A stretch of 64,000 nt of DNA from Naegleria gruberi (Eukaryota). Under the pieces are notes generated by a model, which did not search any database, had not been told where the DNA came from, and was given only the letters and a program-made list of their open reading frames with translations. Each line of letters opens with the position of its first letter. Within the stretch, counting starts at the first letter, position 1. The position numbers and the translations under genes were made by a program. The stretch lies in the NCBI GenBank assembly GCA_000004985.1, contig GG738901.1; one strand, written 5' to 3'. Below are positions 1 through 11,660 of this stretch, in pieces.

Positions 1-1998
1 GGTCTAATATCTCTTACATAATTAGCTTTAAATTTCCAAAAAAGTGCTTCATAATTTCCAATTGTAGTTAATAATGGAATTAAATTAGAATTTGAATCAA
101 TTGCAATTGAACTATATCTTTCTAAAAATTTAACCCATCTTGTATAACATGTTAAAAATCCATTATCAAATACTAAATTACCAGATATGGCAATAAATTT
201 AGGATTATATTTAGTAATTGCTAATTTTAGTAAATTAAATGCATTATCATTATATCCAAATTCAGATGATTGAATAAAATTTAAATTATTATTATTTATA
301 TTATTTGAAAATGTTTTAAATTGTTTTAAATTTGAATAAATTGGTTCACTTCCATTTATAGTAATCATTCCAACTTTAAAATTATAAATAGTATTTTCAT
401 TTAAATTTGTTAAAATACAAGTATGTACATATCTTGATACTAATTCAGTTTCAATTTCATTTAAATCTTGAAAATTACAATTAATTGTTTCATTTACCAT
501 ATTTGTATTATTAATTACTATAAATGATAAAATAGGTCTAGATTGAGTAAAAAATTTAATAATAAATTCATTTTGTGGTTTTTCATTTAATAATAAAGTT
601 AAACTACAAATATTATCAGAATTACAAATATTCTTTCCTTCTTTGGAATTTACATATCTGGTAAATGTTGTTGAAAATTCAAATTCATTTAAACAAATAC
701 AACTTCCATAAAAAAATGATGTTAATACAACTGTTATAATCATACTAATTATTAAATATATTATAAATATTATAAATCTTGTTGTAATTCCATATTGTAA
801 TGATTTTAAATAAATAAATAAAAAATTATATTTTTTTATATTTTTTTTATTTTTTATATTATTATTTAAATTATTTTCATTATTATTAGATAAATTATTA
901 TTTTCATTATTATTTTCATTAGATAAAATAGATAAATCTAATTTAGGAATAGGTGGTCCATCAATAATTGAAAATTCTAATTGTTGATGTAATTCTTCCT
1001 TTTTTAAAATTACTTTTTTAGAACGTTGTTTAGTTAATGGATTTTCACTTTCCATATTAGTATTATTATTATTATTATTATTATTTAAATGTATAGTTTC
1101 ACCTAAAACAGGTGTTGATACAGTAGTAGGTGTCATTGAAATTGCAGAATTTGTTACAATATTATTTAAATTATTATTTTGTAATTCAAATTCCTGATTT
1201 GTATTATTATTTAAATTATTATTATAATTAGGATTATATTCTTCATTGACTTGAATTATTTCTAAATTTGATTGATCAATAATATTTAAATTATTTAAAT
1301 CTTGTTCATTTTGTTGTAATTCTTCTTGATTTGAATTTGACATTTTGTCATTATTAATTGATAATTCTAATTGTTCATTATCTAAATCATCAATTGATTG
1401 TAATTTATCATTAATTAATCTATATCTAACACCATGTATTACTATTATTATTGTTAAAAATAAATTAATTGAAATACCTGCTCCCCAATGTAAATATTGA
1501 ACTATATTTTTTTTTTAACACACATTTTACAATAAATATTAAATATTAAAATAAATATTAAATATTAAATATTAAATATTAAAATAAATATAATAACTTA
1601 CAAGCAACAAGAGATGAAATATAAGTAATTAAAGCATAAACAATAAATAATAAAAATAAATTTTCAATAAAATATAAAATTTCCATTCCTAGCCAACATT
1701 TTACATTTTTAGATAAATTACAAGTAAATTCTTCCTTTTCTTCTTCATAATTAAATGGATCAAATTGTAATATTGTTGAAATTCCTTTTATATCATTTTC
1801 ATTTAATTGTTTATTATTATTATTATTATTACTATTTATAGAAGATAATCTAATTTGTTTTTCTTTTTTTTGTAAACAACATCTAATAATTAATATAATA
1901 AAATATAATATTATAAATATTATTAAAATAGCAGAACTAAATACAATAGATAATAAATAAACTGTAAAATTATTAGATTTAAATAAATCTTCAATCAT
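1..1998 (-). CDS. multi-pass membrane protein with a downstream metallophosphoesterase-like (purple-acid-phosphatase-like) region; partial, 3' end runs off the window edge
   Basis: Exon 1 is track ORF 1579-1998 (hydrophobic TM-like stretches, poly-N). A GTAAGT donor at about 1601 and an ATAG acceptor at about 1502 define a roughly 100-nt intron. Its removal gives ..LVA-F-QYLHWGAG.., and the frame then stays open on the minus strand down to position 1. That part is absent from the track because there is no stop codon inside the window. The downstream part has Y.F.VG and GN(Y)E-like motifs only loosely reminiscent of purple acid phosphatases. Confidence 0.5.
1531..1592. repeat. imperfect (AATATTAAAT)n microsatellite inside the intron of the first gene
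   Basis: Direct reading shows about 6 tandem copies of aatattaaat/aaaataaat. Confidence 0.7.
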
Positions 1999-2447
1999 TT
2001 ATAATTGGAATATATATTGTTAACAATATGATGATTATGATATGATGATATTATTATTAGGAATGATGATGATGAAATAATGATTGTGAAATGATGTGAT
2101 GATATTTTTTTTGTGAATTTTGGATGATTTTTGACATTTGATGATAACAACGACTATTATCTAAATCGTTCACAGTTATGAGCGAACAACTTTGAAGAGA
2201 GAAAGGAAATGAAGGAATTTGTTTCTAATACAAAGTTCTATTATCAAGTTCTTCTTGAACACTAATTTATTACAATGAAATAACATTTACATGCAAATTC
2301 ATCACTCAATACTTTTGTTTAATATCAATAACATTAACATTAACATCATTATCATGTCAATAACAATAATAATAAAAACAACAATCAAAAAATAAATTTT
2401 ATCCATTTCATTTCAAATATATATAAATTTATTTCAAATATTTAAAT

Positions 2448-3482
2448 TTACTTTTTTGTAATTAATAAAGATAAATCATTTTCATCAATAAAATAATTAT
2501 TATTACAATAATCACAAGTAGATTCAAAATGAATTTTTTCACCATTTACAATTTCATTTCTCATTTCAATTAATTCATTTACATTTATAGTATTTAAAGC
2601 ATTTAAAATTAAATCTTTTGAACATCTACAATAAAAATCAATTGGTTTATATCTAACTGTTTCTAAATTTTCATTAATTATAAAATTATAAAATAAATTA
2701 TCATGTACATCTTGTCTATTATTAATTTTTTTAATCATTTCATTTAATTTACTTTTATAGTAATTTAATTCTTCTGATAAATCTTCACTTGATGGTAATT
2801 TTTGTATAATTATTCCAAATGATATTGGATCTAATCCAAATTCTTGTTTACATACTAAACTTGTTACTGTTGGTATTTGTTCAGATTTTTCAAAGAATTC
2901 TTCAAATGTATTATTTAAATTACTAAATTCAGAATTATCTAAAATAAGTGGTAATGATGATGTTACTGGTTTGGAATGATTCATTAAAATTTTAGAAACT
3001 GAAAATATATCATTCTGTTCATCATCACCTTGATCAAATTTAACAAATCCTCTAATTTCACCTACTTGAATACTTTCAACATGTACATAATTAATTAAAT
3101 TATTATTATTATTAATATTATTATTATTATTATTATTATTATTACTACTATAATTGGATGTATTATTGGATAAATTAATTATATTTGAATTTGAAATGAA
3201 TAATTCTAATTTAATTCTTTCTTCACCTTTTAATAAAGAAGATAATAACATTGAAGCACTCATTGATTGTCCCATTAAATTAATTGCTTTAAAATCATGA
3301 GTACTTGAATGAGGATTTAAATTAAATTTGTTAATAAAGGTTTTTAAACAATCACTACTATCTATTAAACTAACTCTAAATTTACCACAATCAGACATGT
3401 AACTTTTTACATAATCTCTCACTCTCTTTCGGAGCATTTTGGTACCACTTGCTGCATTTAATACATAGTGTGAGGTTTTCAT
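2448..3482 (-). CDS. hslO: Hsp33-family redox-regulated chaperone (HslO-like), single exon
   Basis: 344-aa ORF. The C-terminus has the Hsp33 zinc-centre signature CRC..(about 30 aa)..CDYC (CxC-x(27-32)-CxxC). The N-terminal domain resembles the Hsp33 fold. A basic N-terminus may be a targeting peptide. There is an internal poly-N insertion. Confidence 0.7.
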   Translation of the reverse strand: MKTSHYVLNAASGTKMLRKRVRDYVKSYMSDCGKFRVSLIDSSDCLKTFINKFNLNPHSSTHDFKAINLMGQSMSASMLLSSLLKGEERIKLELFISNSNIINLSNNTSNYSSNNNNNNNNNINNNNNLINYVHVESIQVGEIRGFVKFDQGDDEQNDIFSVSKILMNHSKPVTSSLPLILDNSEFSNLNNTFEEFFEKSEQIPTVTSLVCKQEFGLDPISFGIIIQKLPSSEDLSEELNYYKSKLNEMIKKINNRQDVHDNLFYNFIINENLETVRYKPIDFYCRCSKDLILNALNTINVNELIEMRNEIVNGEKIHFESTCDYCNNNYFIDENDLSLLITKK

Positions 3483-4214
3483 TTTTTTCGAATCACCAAG
3501 CCTTTATCCAATTACCTAGGAGACGGTTTTGCCATAATCATTAATTTAATTTTAACATAATTTGCTCATAATCAAACCAGAATACACCATAATTTTGACG
3601 TAATTTTCCCGCAATAAAAACCAAAAAAAATACACAATCACATCATAATCTCTTCGGAATTATCATATAATTATACAGCAATTCACAACCGGATTTGTCA
3701 TTTCCAGGCAAAAATATTGGATTTATTACGGATATTATTACGAGGTAATTATTAATTAAATTACGTAATAATTGTATTAACATTATGAATTTAATATGGA
3801 ATAATTATGTAAATATATTGGAATAATTATTACAGAATTTACGATAGATTTTTGACCTAATTATTTTATAAAATTATGAAATATATTTAATTTTAATTGA
3901 ATTTGATTTATTTGATTATTTACAGTAAAGCAAATTACACAGAAACTAACAAATATTGAAACAATGGGAACTGTACAAAGGGAAATGACTGTAGTTTCTG
4001 TTGTTGCAACAGATGAACATGAAGATGAAAGAGTTATGTGTTGGAATTGAGTGAATTGACTGTGAAGTGACTCCAAAGGCAACAGAATTAGTTGACCAAT
4101 TAACTAAGGAAATTAATATTCAATATTGAATTATTGAATTATTGAAAAATTGAAAACTTCAGTGTAACTTACGTGATTGTGGAATTAAATTTGGAAATTA
4201 ATTAAATTCGGAAA

Positions 4215-4880
4215 TTAGACTGAATAATAATAATAATAATAATAATATTGGAATATTTGAATTAAAAGTTGATAACAAACCATATCTACAGCCATAGAAC
4301 TATCAATTTTAGTTTTTTTGTTTTTAGTTGGTTCGGATAATTTATCTCTATAAGCTTTATATTGATCATCTTGTTCATAAATTATTGCCTCATCTTCTAC
4401 TGCAAATTTCTTACCAGAATCACGTGTTTTTTCTACTTGCTTTCGTTTCAAATTCTTCTTCTTGTTGCTCTTATAAGCTCGGCAACAGTTCAACACTATT
4501 TCATCAATCTGAACAGTAAAATTAAACAAACTATTAGCTATTATAATCTAACTTACGATTAAATTAAATTGTTTTTCATCTTTTTCACAATTATTTTTTA
4601 AACTTTGAATTTGTGCATTGTTAGCAAAAAAATTTGTTACTGCCACCAATGATGTTGCAGCTACTTGTTGTATTTCTATGTCAGAGTCTGCTCTTAGTTT
4701 CTTTGGAAATTGTAACAAAATCAATTAATTACTTACCAAGGAATAATAGCTAACGTTGGTTTCATTAATAATTTCCAAGTATCTATCTTGCAAAGGTTTC
4801 AACAAGGTGACAAAGTTGTCAGGAACAAGACTTGTACAATAAGACAGTTTTTGGTGGTGTGTCTTTGTCGTTTTTCTTTT
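4215..4880 (-). CDS. hypothetical conserved-looking protein, probably 3 exons; start codon not resolved
   Basis: The minus strand reads as three open segments: ..LVPDNFVTLLKPLQDRYLEIINETNVSYYSL, then KLRADSDIEIQQVAATSLVAVTNFFANNAQIQSLKNNCEKDEKQFNLI, then IDEIVLNCCRAYKSNKKKNLKRKQ..poly-Y. They are joined by two GTAAGT..AG introns of about 36 and 48 nt. Track ORF 4215-4529 is the last exon read through the intron. No in-frame ATG was found for the first segment. Confidence 0.3.
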
Positions 4881-4947
4881 CTCCACCTCTTTTTTTCGTT
4901 TTAACGAAATTCCTTGTTACGATACATTACTCGAAAGGAAAAAAGCA

Positions 4948-5910
4948 ATGATCAATTTTGAATACAAACAAGAAGATGGATTTGCAGCAATTTCATTTGA
5001 GAATAATTTGAAATTGTTGTTGAAAGATCAAGCAATCACAAAACACATGTGCTTAACACGAAATGAATATTTTGAAAAAAAGAATATACAAAAGAAAGAA
5101 AATCAACCTTACTTTTCAAAAATATTTGGTGAATACCTTGCTAAATGCCCTGAAGATGCATTTCCATTTCTAGTTTTAGAATATTTTGATGATTTTGCTA
5201 AATTCAGAACAAAAACCAAGTCAACATGCGCCTCCTATTTCACAAGTTACAATTTTGATTCAGATTTCATGTCAAGTTTAAGCGCAATTCGTGTAAACGG
5301 TTTTTCATGGAGTAATGAAGGATTTTGGAAAATGACTGATTCAATTATTCAAGATTTTGAAAATCATGATGGTAAAATCATTACAGTGAAACATCCAACC
5401 ACAGGAGAAGATATTAAGCTATTCATTTGCTGTATGGGATTTTTATTAGATACACCTGAAAGATTGAAATGTTTAGCACTTATGAAAAATGAATGTTCCA
5501 GATGTTTAGATGCGTCAGACAACCTTGACAAAACACCAACAGATTTAATGGGTGCATCCGCGTTTAATCCAACATGTGTACACACATTTAAAAGGAGAGA
5601 ACATTCAGAAATGAAAGATATTGTTGAGAAATTATCAGAATTACCTAAAATTGCGGATTCTAAACAAAATAGAATTGCAAGGAAAGGTGTAAAAGAACAA
5701 ACTTGGGAAGAAGAGAGATTCAAAAGTAAGCAAATGTCAACAAACAAAAGAAAACAATTGATGAATCAATTAATTGTCAAAACATTCATCAAATCAAGAT
5801 TTGTTACTCAAATAATGATAGATCCGTATCGTAGATCTGTAGTTGATTTCTTTCATTTAGAAATTCAAGGATTATTTCGAAAACATCTCAAATTACTTGT
5901 ACAAGCATAG
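4948..5910 (+). CDS. transposase-like protein, N-terminal part (320 aa), truncated by the gap
   Basis: Track ORF. It is Cys-rich (FICCMGFLLDTPERLKCLALMKNECSRCLD) and ends directly at the N-run. Confidence 0.4.
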   Translation: MINFEYKQEDGFAAISFENNLKLLLKDQAITKHMCLTRNEYFEKKNIQKKENQPYFSKIFGEYLAKCPEDAFPFLVLEYFDDFAKFRTKTKSTCASYFTSYNFDSDFMSSLSAIRVNGFSWSNEGFWKMTDSIIQDFENHDGKIITVKHPTTGEDIKLFICCMGFLLDTPERLKCLALMKNECSRCLDASDNLDKTPTDLMGASAFNPTCVHTFKRREHSEMKDIVEKLSELPKIADSKQNRIARKGVKEQTWEEERFKSKQMSTNKRKQLMNQLIVKTFIKSRFVTQIMIDPYRRSVVDFFHLEIQGLFRKHLKLLVQA

Positions 5911-5960
5911 NNNNNNNNNNNNNNNNNNNNNNNNNNNNNNNNNNNNNNNNNNNNNNNNNN
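5911..5960. other. assembly gap (50 N)
   Basis: Run of n characters. Confidence 0.98.
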
Positions 5961-6006
5961 GAGTGCTCCTATTATTTGTGAATTAATTTACAATAATAAT
6001 CAAAAG

Positions 6007-6690
6007 TTGAAAATAGATTCTTCTAAAAAAGGATTACTCTATCAAGGATGGATTCTTCACTTACAATATTTTATAAGGTTATTAAGGGGGAATTATACTC
6101 ATGATGATATTGTGTATTGTGAAAAAGTATTTACAAAATTTCAATCCATTTTTACATATTGTTTTGGCAAAGATAATTGCCAATTTCCGAATTATCATTG
6201 GGCAACGCACATTTTTGAAGATTGTGTACTTTTTGGGGATGTTACATGGTTTTGGGCGTTGATTTTTGAATTGAAACATTCTGAATTCAAACAATTTAAT
6301 GATAGAAGTAATAACAAATTACTTGAAGTTAGAGGGTTGCAACATGAAGTTGGAATGAATACATTATTTGCAGATTATCCATTTACAAGACGATTAGTTG
6401 GTAAAACACTTGATGTTGCTAGAAAATCATCACTTAAGGTTGGAATGTATATTCAATTCGATAGATTTATTGGGAAGATATCTCAATTAGGGGATAATGT
6501 TGTTTGTTGTGATGAAATTTTTACGCTTGGAGAGTTGTGTTATGTATCATTAATGTACAAACTATTCATTCACTCAGTTGCCACTTCAGTAATTCCTCTT
6601 TCAAAGATTAATAGTGTGTGCAGTGTAATCAGATTTCCAGGTCTTATTGCTCTCAATCAATTTTCATTCTGTATGAATTATTACCAATAA
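6007..6690 (+). CDS. transposase-like protein, C-terminal part with DUF4218-like motif (227 aa)
   Basis: Track ORF; see the mobile_element entry. Confidence 0.45.
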   Translation: MKIDSSKKGLLYQGWILHLQYFIRLLRGNYTHDDIVYCEKVFTKFQSIFTYCFGKDNCQFPNYHWATHIFEDCVLFGDVTWFWALIFELKHSEFKQFNDRSNNKLLEVRGLQHEVGMNTLFADYPFTRRLVGKTLDVARKSSLKVGMYIQFDRFIGKISQLGDNVVCCDEIFTLGELCYVSLMYKLFIHSVATSVIPLSKINSVCSVIRFPGLIALNQFSFCMNYYQ

Positions 6691-7109
6691 ATACTGGCAA
6701 TAATTTTCAGTTAATTAATTTCAAAATAAAACAATAATAAATAATCTAATAAAAACTGTAATTTTTATTCGTAATAATTCACATAATTTTATTAAAATTC
6801 TTCACGTCATAATACCTAATGTAATACTTCCATAATTCAAATCCGTAATTAAAAAAAAATATTTTTTGCCAGAATTTTGCGATAATAATCCACAATTAAC
6901 CATAATAGCCGTCTCCAAGGTAATTCATTGGCAAGTCTTTGAGTTGGACTCTAAAGCCTTCATTATCTGTAGTTTTATCTTCAAGAAAAGCCTTCAATTA
7001 TAAGTCAGCACACAAACAATTAATAACAAACACAATAAAAACAAACATTAATAATATATAAAGATGTTTTATTCAAATTCTATAATGTAATACTATTGTG
7101 TGTGTATGT

Positions 7110-8717
7110 TTAATACTTATTCTTCTTAAAAGAGGATCTATCATCTTCATCTCTCTTTCTCTTTACAGTAGAAACGTCAGCACTTTCATCATACTTGTTT
7201 GAAGAATTCTTCACTTTACCACGATTATCCTTTGAACGATGAGTTTGTTCATTTTGCTTTTGACCCTTAGTGAAAGCAGAGGATGAACCAGTTGAATACT
7301 TTTCCAATTCACGTAAACGTTTTTCAACAGCTTCTCTAGAATCCAAACCAATGGTAGCTTGTTCCTTTTCACCCATAGCATCAACACGAGCAGAAATTGC
7401 ACATTTAGCAGCCAAAACTCTAGCAATCTTACCCTTGTATTTTGGTGGAGCTTGACCAATTAAAGAAGCATGATACAACAAACCATATTTTGGAGTATTG
7501 TGTCGTGATTTCAAAGCTCTAAAGAAAGCCTTTTCAGCACCCAAAATTTGAACAGTTGAAGCTGGATGTTTAGCCAAATTCATTAAACTACCAGCACGTG
7601 CCATTAAACGAGCACCAACTAATTCACCAGCCAAATGTGTCAAATTTGGAGCAATAGCTTGCATTCTATTCTTCAAATAATCAAACAATGCACCTCTATA
7701 TGTTGTAATACTTTCAACTTCTTCAGCCAATTTAGAAATATGAAGCATATCATCTTCAGAAATTTCAGTACCCATTGAAACAATAGCAGCTTCTCTAACT
7801 TCCTTAGCCAAATCTTCTGGTAAAACATCAGTTAATGGAGCCTTTTGAGCATTATTTCTATTTTGAAGACATAAAACTGTCTTAATATAAGCAGAATTGT
7901 CACGTAAAACCTTTGACAATTCTGGGAAATGCCAACCATACCATTCCTTAACTCTCATGACATAAATATTCAATTCCTTGTCAATATCATCTAAAAGTGA
8001 AATAGCTTGGACAATCATTGTATCAATCTTATCAGGTGAGAACTTTAATTTATAACGAGAAAGTGAGTGTGAAAGACCCAAAGACATGCTTTGTAAATCC
8101 TTTTCAGTGGTAACATCTCCTAATAATTGTGTCAAATTGTTACGAATACCTCTCATCAATGCAACTACAGAGTCATCACAGACACATTGAATACCAAGTT
8201 TACTCTTAATGGCTGCTCCAAGGTTTTTATCACAAACAGCCAATTTACTTTCCTTATCAGCCAATTGCTTTTTCAAGAACTTTTTCAACTTTTTATCCAA
8301 CTTGGATTCAACAATAGCAGTAGCAGCTACGAGAGCTTCATTGGTATCTTTAAAGTTTTCAAAAGACTTGAGTTTAATACTATTTTAATTCCAACAAGTA
8401 AAGAAATGGTATTTGCGCAAAATGATGAGTATTTTGTTAGGAGAGGAGTATATAATAGTAAAGTAGAGAGGTTGGTGTACAATTGTTATAGTTGTAGTAG
8501 TAATAATATGGAGAGAGTAATATGTATTGTTGTTCATCATCATCATCATGGTCATCATAGAAAATTAGGCTTTGAAAGTTTATAAAGAGACTTACTTCTT
8601 GCTGAGTTTAGAAGAGTTGGCAAACATTTCATCAACAGACTTGACGTCAGTGATTTTACCTTCATCCAAAACATTAAACAAAGCATAACCTGCTGCTGTT
8701 TCAAAGAGAACAAACAT
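7110..8717 (-). CDS. nop58: box C/D snoRNP protein Nop58 (2 exons: about 8596-8717 and 7110-8379)
   Basis: Exon 1 reads MFVLFETAAGYALFNVLDEGKITDVKSVDEMFANSSKLSK(N), followed by a GTAAGT donor. A 216-nt intron precedes the AATAG acceptor. Exon 2 reads IKLKSFENFKDTNEALVAATAIVESKLDKKLKKFLKK... and is collinear with human NOP58 (KYKGKIARVLAAK vs KHKGKISRMLAAK, with a KKD-like basic tail). Confidence 0.9.
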
Positions 8718-9097
8718 TTTTTATAGTGATGATGTGATGATGTTGTTCAATATTTTTTTGCAGACAAATTACAAAAATTTTTTAAACAATTTTTTTTCAA
8801 ATGCACAGAAATTGTGATGCTTTTTCTTCTCTCTTGTTTTTGAAGAGATGTGAAAGATACAGAGTTTATTTGAATATTTGATGTTTCTCTTAACCGCTTC
8901 ATAACAACTCACTCTCTAATTGTTTAGATCAAAACTTCACAAATGTGTTTCAACCATTCTTCACAATAGATGACAATATAGAACTCTATTGCTCCATGGT
9001 GTAAAAGTATGTATGACAAACATTCAACTGATGAAATAAAGATGATGAACCAAACTCAAAGTAGAGGAATAGTTTGAAAAAAAACAATTTATAAAAT

Positions 9098-10201
9098 TTA
9101 AATCTTTTTAACAATCTGTACAATATCTTCGTCGAGTAATTGATGGTCCTTACCAACTTTTTGAGGTTGATGTTTTACGGATTGACCCCATACCCAAGCA
9201 TATTTGAATTGACGTAAAATGTGTTTGTGAATTCTGGTACAAAAATCTTCCATTGAACTCTTGTCTCTTCTAATAATAACTGGAGCACCAAAGTCAGCAA
9301 CTTGACCTTTTGGTTTTGTGTAAACTCTAATCAAATCCAAATATTCCCATACCTTTTCCAAAAGACCATCCATATTCCATTCGTGGTGAGCAGAAATTGG
9401 ACAAGCATTTGGAATTCTATCAATCAAATCTAATTCTTCAATAGTAATTTGATCAATCTTGTTCATGGCATAAATAGCAGGAATATAAGCACGATTTCCT
9501 TCAATAACGTCGATAAGTTCATCTACAGTAGCATCACATCTGAACATGATATCTGCATTTGGACATTTGTATTCTTGTAAAATGGCTTTAACAATTTCAT
9601 TTGTCAAGTGAGTAAGAGGAACAGAAGACATCATATTCAAACCACCCTTTTCCTTCTTTTTAAATGTAATATTAGGTGGTTGCTTATTCAATCGGATACC
9701 AAATCCTTCCAATTCATATTCAATCTTCTTTTTGTGTGTAAGTGGTTTAAGAGCATCCAAAACAATTAAAATCAAATTACAAGTACGAGCAGTAGAAATA
9801 ACTTGTCTACCTCTACCCTTACCATCCTTAGCACCTTCAATGATACCAGGTAAATCCAATAATTGCAATCTTGCTCCCTTGTAGTTAATAACACCAGGAA
9901 TACAAGTCAATGTTGTAAATTCATATGAAGCAACTTCAGAGAAGGTATTTGTCATCTTGTTAAGTAGAGTAGATTTACCCACAGAAGGAAAACCTACAAG
10001 ACCAATACGAGCATCACCGGATTTGTTGACATCGAAACCATCACCACCTGGTCCTTTCTTTTTAGTAGCATCAGTCAAGAGTTCTCTTCTCAACTTGGCT
10101 AATTTAGCTTTCAATGTACCCAAATGGTAAGCGGTGGCTTTGTTCTTTTGGGTTCTATCCATTTCAGCTTCGATATCCTTGATTTGTTGTAAGACTGACA
10201 T
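9098..10201 (-). CDS. drg1: developmentally regulated GTP-binding protein DRG1, single exon, 367 aa
   Basis: [41 protein letters not shown]... It has the G1-G4 motifs (GFPSVGKST) and a TGS domain, and is the same length as human DRG1. Confidence 0.9.
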   Translation of the reverse strand: MSVLQQIKDIEAEMDRTQKNKATAYHLGTLKAKLAKLRRELLTDATKKKGPGGDGFDVNKSGDARIGLVGFPSVGKSTLLNKMTNTFSEVASYEFTTLTCIPGVINYKGARLQLLDLPGIIEGAKDGKGRGRQVISTARTCNLILIVLDALKPLTHKKKIEYELEGFGIRLNKQPPNITFKKKEKGGLNMMSSVPLTHLTNEIVKAILQEYKCPNADIMFRCDATVDELIDVIEGNRAYIPAIYAMNKIDQITIEELDLIDRIPNACPISAHHEWNMDGLLEKVWEYLDLIRVYTKPKGQVADFGAPVIIRRDKSSMEDFCTRIHKHILRQFKYAWVWGQSVKHQPQKVGKDHQLLDEDIVQIVKKI

Positions 10202-10534
10202 TTTGTTGTTGAAATTTAAATACTAGTTATTGTTGTTCGGTAATTGTTGTTATTGTTGTTGTTATTTGATGATGAAAAAACACAAACAGGGCGCAACAGG
10301 AAGAAGGCTGTATTGTAGTTGTTGAAATATTTTTTCTGGAGGGCATTTTTACAACATTGAAAAGTTAAGTGTTTTTGAGATTGAAGTCACGCTTCGAACA
10401 ATAACAAGGCTTGAAATTCCGAGCTTGCCAACACGATGATGTTTAATAATGATGATAATTGTTTAACCTATCAGCCTGATTCAATGAATAATAGGAATGA
10501 ATCAAAATGTGAGAGGATGGATGGTTAATAATTA

Positions 10535-11233
10535 TTATTTATTTTTCATTTTTCTAACAAATTTAAAAACTTGAGGACTTTGCTTTTCATCATACCTTTC
10601 AATTTCCTTTGCTGAACATTTGTAAAGATATTGTTTTTTCAGTTTTTCCCTCTTTAACTTTTCTAAATGTAATTCAGTTTCAGAATCAGTTTCATCACTT
10701 TCTGAAATAATCTCAGTATTATTATTTGTAGTATTTGAATGAACGATGGAATTAATTTGATTAGTTGATAATTCATTCAATCCACCATTTCTCTCTATTT
10801 TCTTAATAATTTTCTTCTTTTTATGCTCTGATCTTGATTTGCACATTTGAATAAATTTTTCCTCTTTTGATTGTTGCTTAATTTTTTGTTTTTGAACCTT
10901 AATTTCTTCATTTACATGGTCAATTATACCATTTTCATAAGTAAGATCAATTTCTTTATAATGTCTCTCACAAATGGCTTGACACATTGGACACATAACA
11001 TGCCTTTCAGGTTTAGATGGTTTTATTTCATCTAATTTGTTAACTATTGATATGATATCATTCGTGAATACATCTCTACTTGTTTTTCTAAAGGCTTTTC
11101 TATCTGATTTTCTATATTCTTTCCGATAGTGTTCATCAGATGATGTATAGCCATTATGTTTAACGAATTTATTGTGAGATCGTGCCATTTTTTTGATTAA
11201 GATTTGGTTCGTCTCAAGTTTCCCGCTCCACAA
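10535..11233 (-). CDS. lysine-rich hypothetical protein with a CPMCQAICERH Cys cluster; the true start is probably at MARSHNK (about 11188)
   Basis: Track ORF. It is basic and low-complexity with no recognisable domain. Confidence 0.35.
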   Translation of the reverse strand: MWSGKLETNQILIKKMARSHNKFVKHNGYTSSDEHYRKEYRKSDRKAFRKTSRDVFTNDIISIVNKLDEIKPSKPERHVMCPMCQAICERHYKEIDLTYENGIIDHVNEEIKVQKQKIKQQSKEEKFIQMCKSRSEHKKKKIIKKIERNGGLNELSTNQINSIVHSNTTNNNTEIISESDETDSETELHLEKLKREKLKKQYLYKCSAKEIERYDEKQSPQVFKFVRKMKNK

Positions 11234-11394
11234 TTAGTTAGAGCTAAAAATAAATATTGAAACTTGCATGACAACACGGAAACATCAAAATTATTACAAT
11301 TAAGAGAATAAAAAGATCAATACATTAATAACATTTGGAAATTAAGGAAGATAACAACGATACAAGTGACATCTTTCTCGGCACCAATCACTAA

Positions 11395-11421
11395 AAGTAC
11401 AGACAGCAAAAGGAGCAAAAG
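11395..11421 (-). terminator. Pol III oligo-T terminator downstream of tRNA-Ala
   Basis: The minus strand immediately 3' of the tRNA reads CTTTTGCTCCTTTTGCTGTCTGTACTTTT. Confidence 0.6.
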
Positions 11422-11457
11422 TGGAGTCATAGGGAATCGAACCCTAGACCTTCTGCA

Positions 11458-11488
<31 letters not shown>

Positions 11489-11494
11489 AACCCC
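11422..11494 (-). tRNA. tRNA-Ala (anticodon UGC)
   Basis: Reverse complement reads GGGGTTATAGCTCAGTTGGTAGAGCGTCTGCTTTGCATGCAGAAGGTCTAGGGTTCGATTCCCTATGACTCCA. It folds as a cloverleaf with a 7-bp acceptor stem carrying the G3:U70 alanine identity pair. The anticodon loop is CTTTGCAT and the T-loop is GGTTCGATTCC. Confidence 0.9.
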
Positions 11495-11660
11495 TTATAT
11501 TAGATTTTGTAAAAATTATAAATCCAAAATTCTAAAGAAAAAATTAGCTCGGTTAGGAAATGACATTCTTGAATTTTAAAAAGATCGTGCTATTATTGGT
11601 ATTTATTATTTACATTCGAATTTTATAGAGATTGATTTACATAAAAGAAGTCCATTACAG

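Larger units (their letters stand above)
4948..6690 (+). mobile_element. TNP2/DUF4218-type (CACTA/EnSpm- or KDZ-like) DNA transposase gene, interrupted by an assembly gap; probable transposon relic
   Basis: There are two long intronless ORFs in a region where neighbouring genes have introns. The 3' ORF (6007-6690) carries a DUF4218-like motif, ..FPNYHWATHIFEDCVLFGDVTWFWALIFE.. (compare F.DxMxHLxxHLxxE...GPV..WMYPFER), that is characteristic of TNP2-like transposases. The 5' ORF (4948-5910) is Cys/His-rich. An N-run (5911-5960), typical of a collapsed repeat, separates them. No terminal inverted repeats were identified. Confidence 0.45.

Noticed and set aside
1531-1592. Regularly spaced AATATTAAAT repeats (CRISPR-like at first glance)
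   Set aside because: It is a simple AT microsatellite inside a spliceosomal intron of a eukaryotic gene. There are no spacers, no cas genes, and the locus is eukaryotic.
5364-5747. Minus-strand 127-aa ORF
   Set aside because: It is embedded antisense in the transposase-like ORF and has no motif. It is a chance ORF in moderately GC sequence.
8127-8585. Plus-strand ORF with an HHHHHGHH run
   Set aside because: It lies antisense to the well-supported Nop58 exon 2 and intron. The His run comes from a (CAT)n microsatellite, so it is not a gene.
10200-10530. Possible second tRNA or ncRNA in the GC-richer stretch upstream of the DRG gene
   Set aside because: No cloverleaf or box A/B pattern could be found by eye. 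It is more likely a promoter or 5'UTR region.
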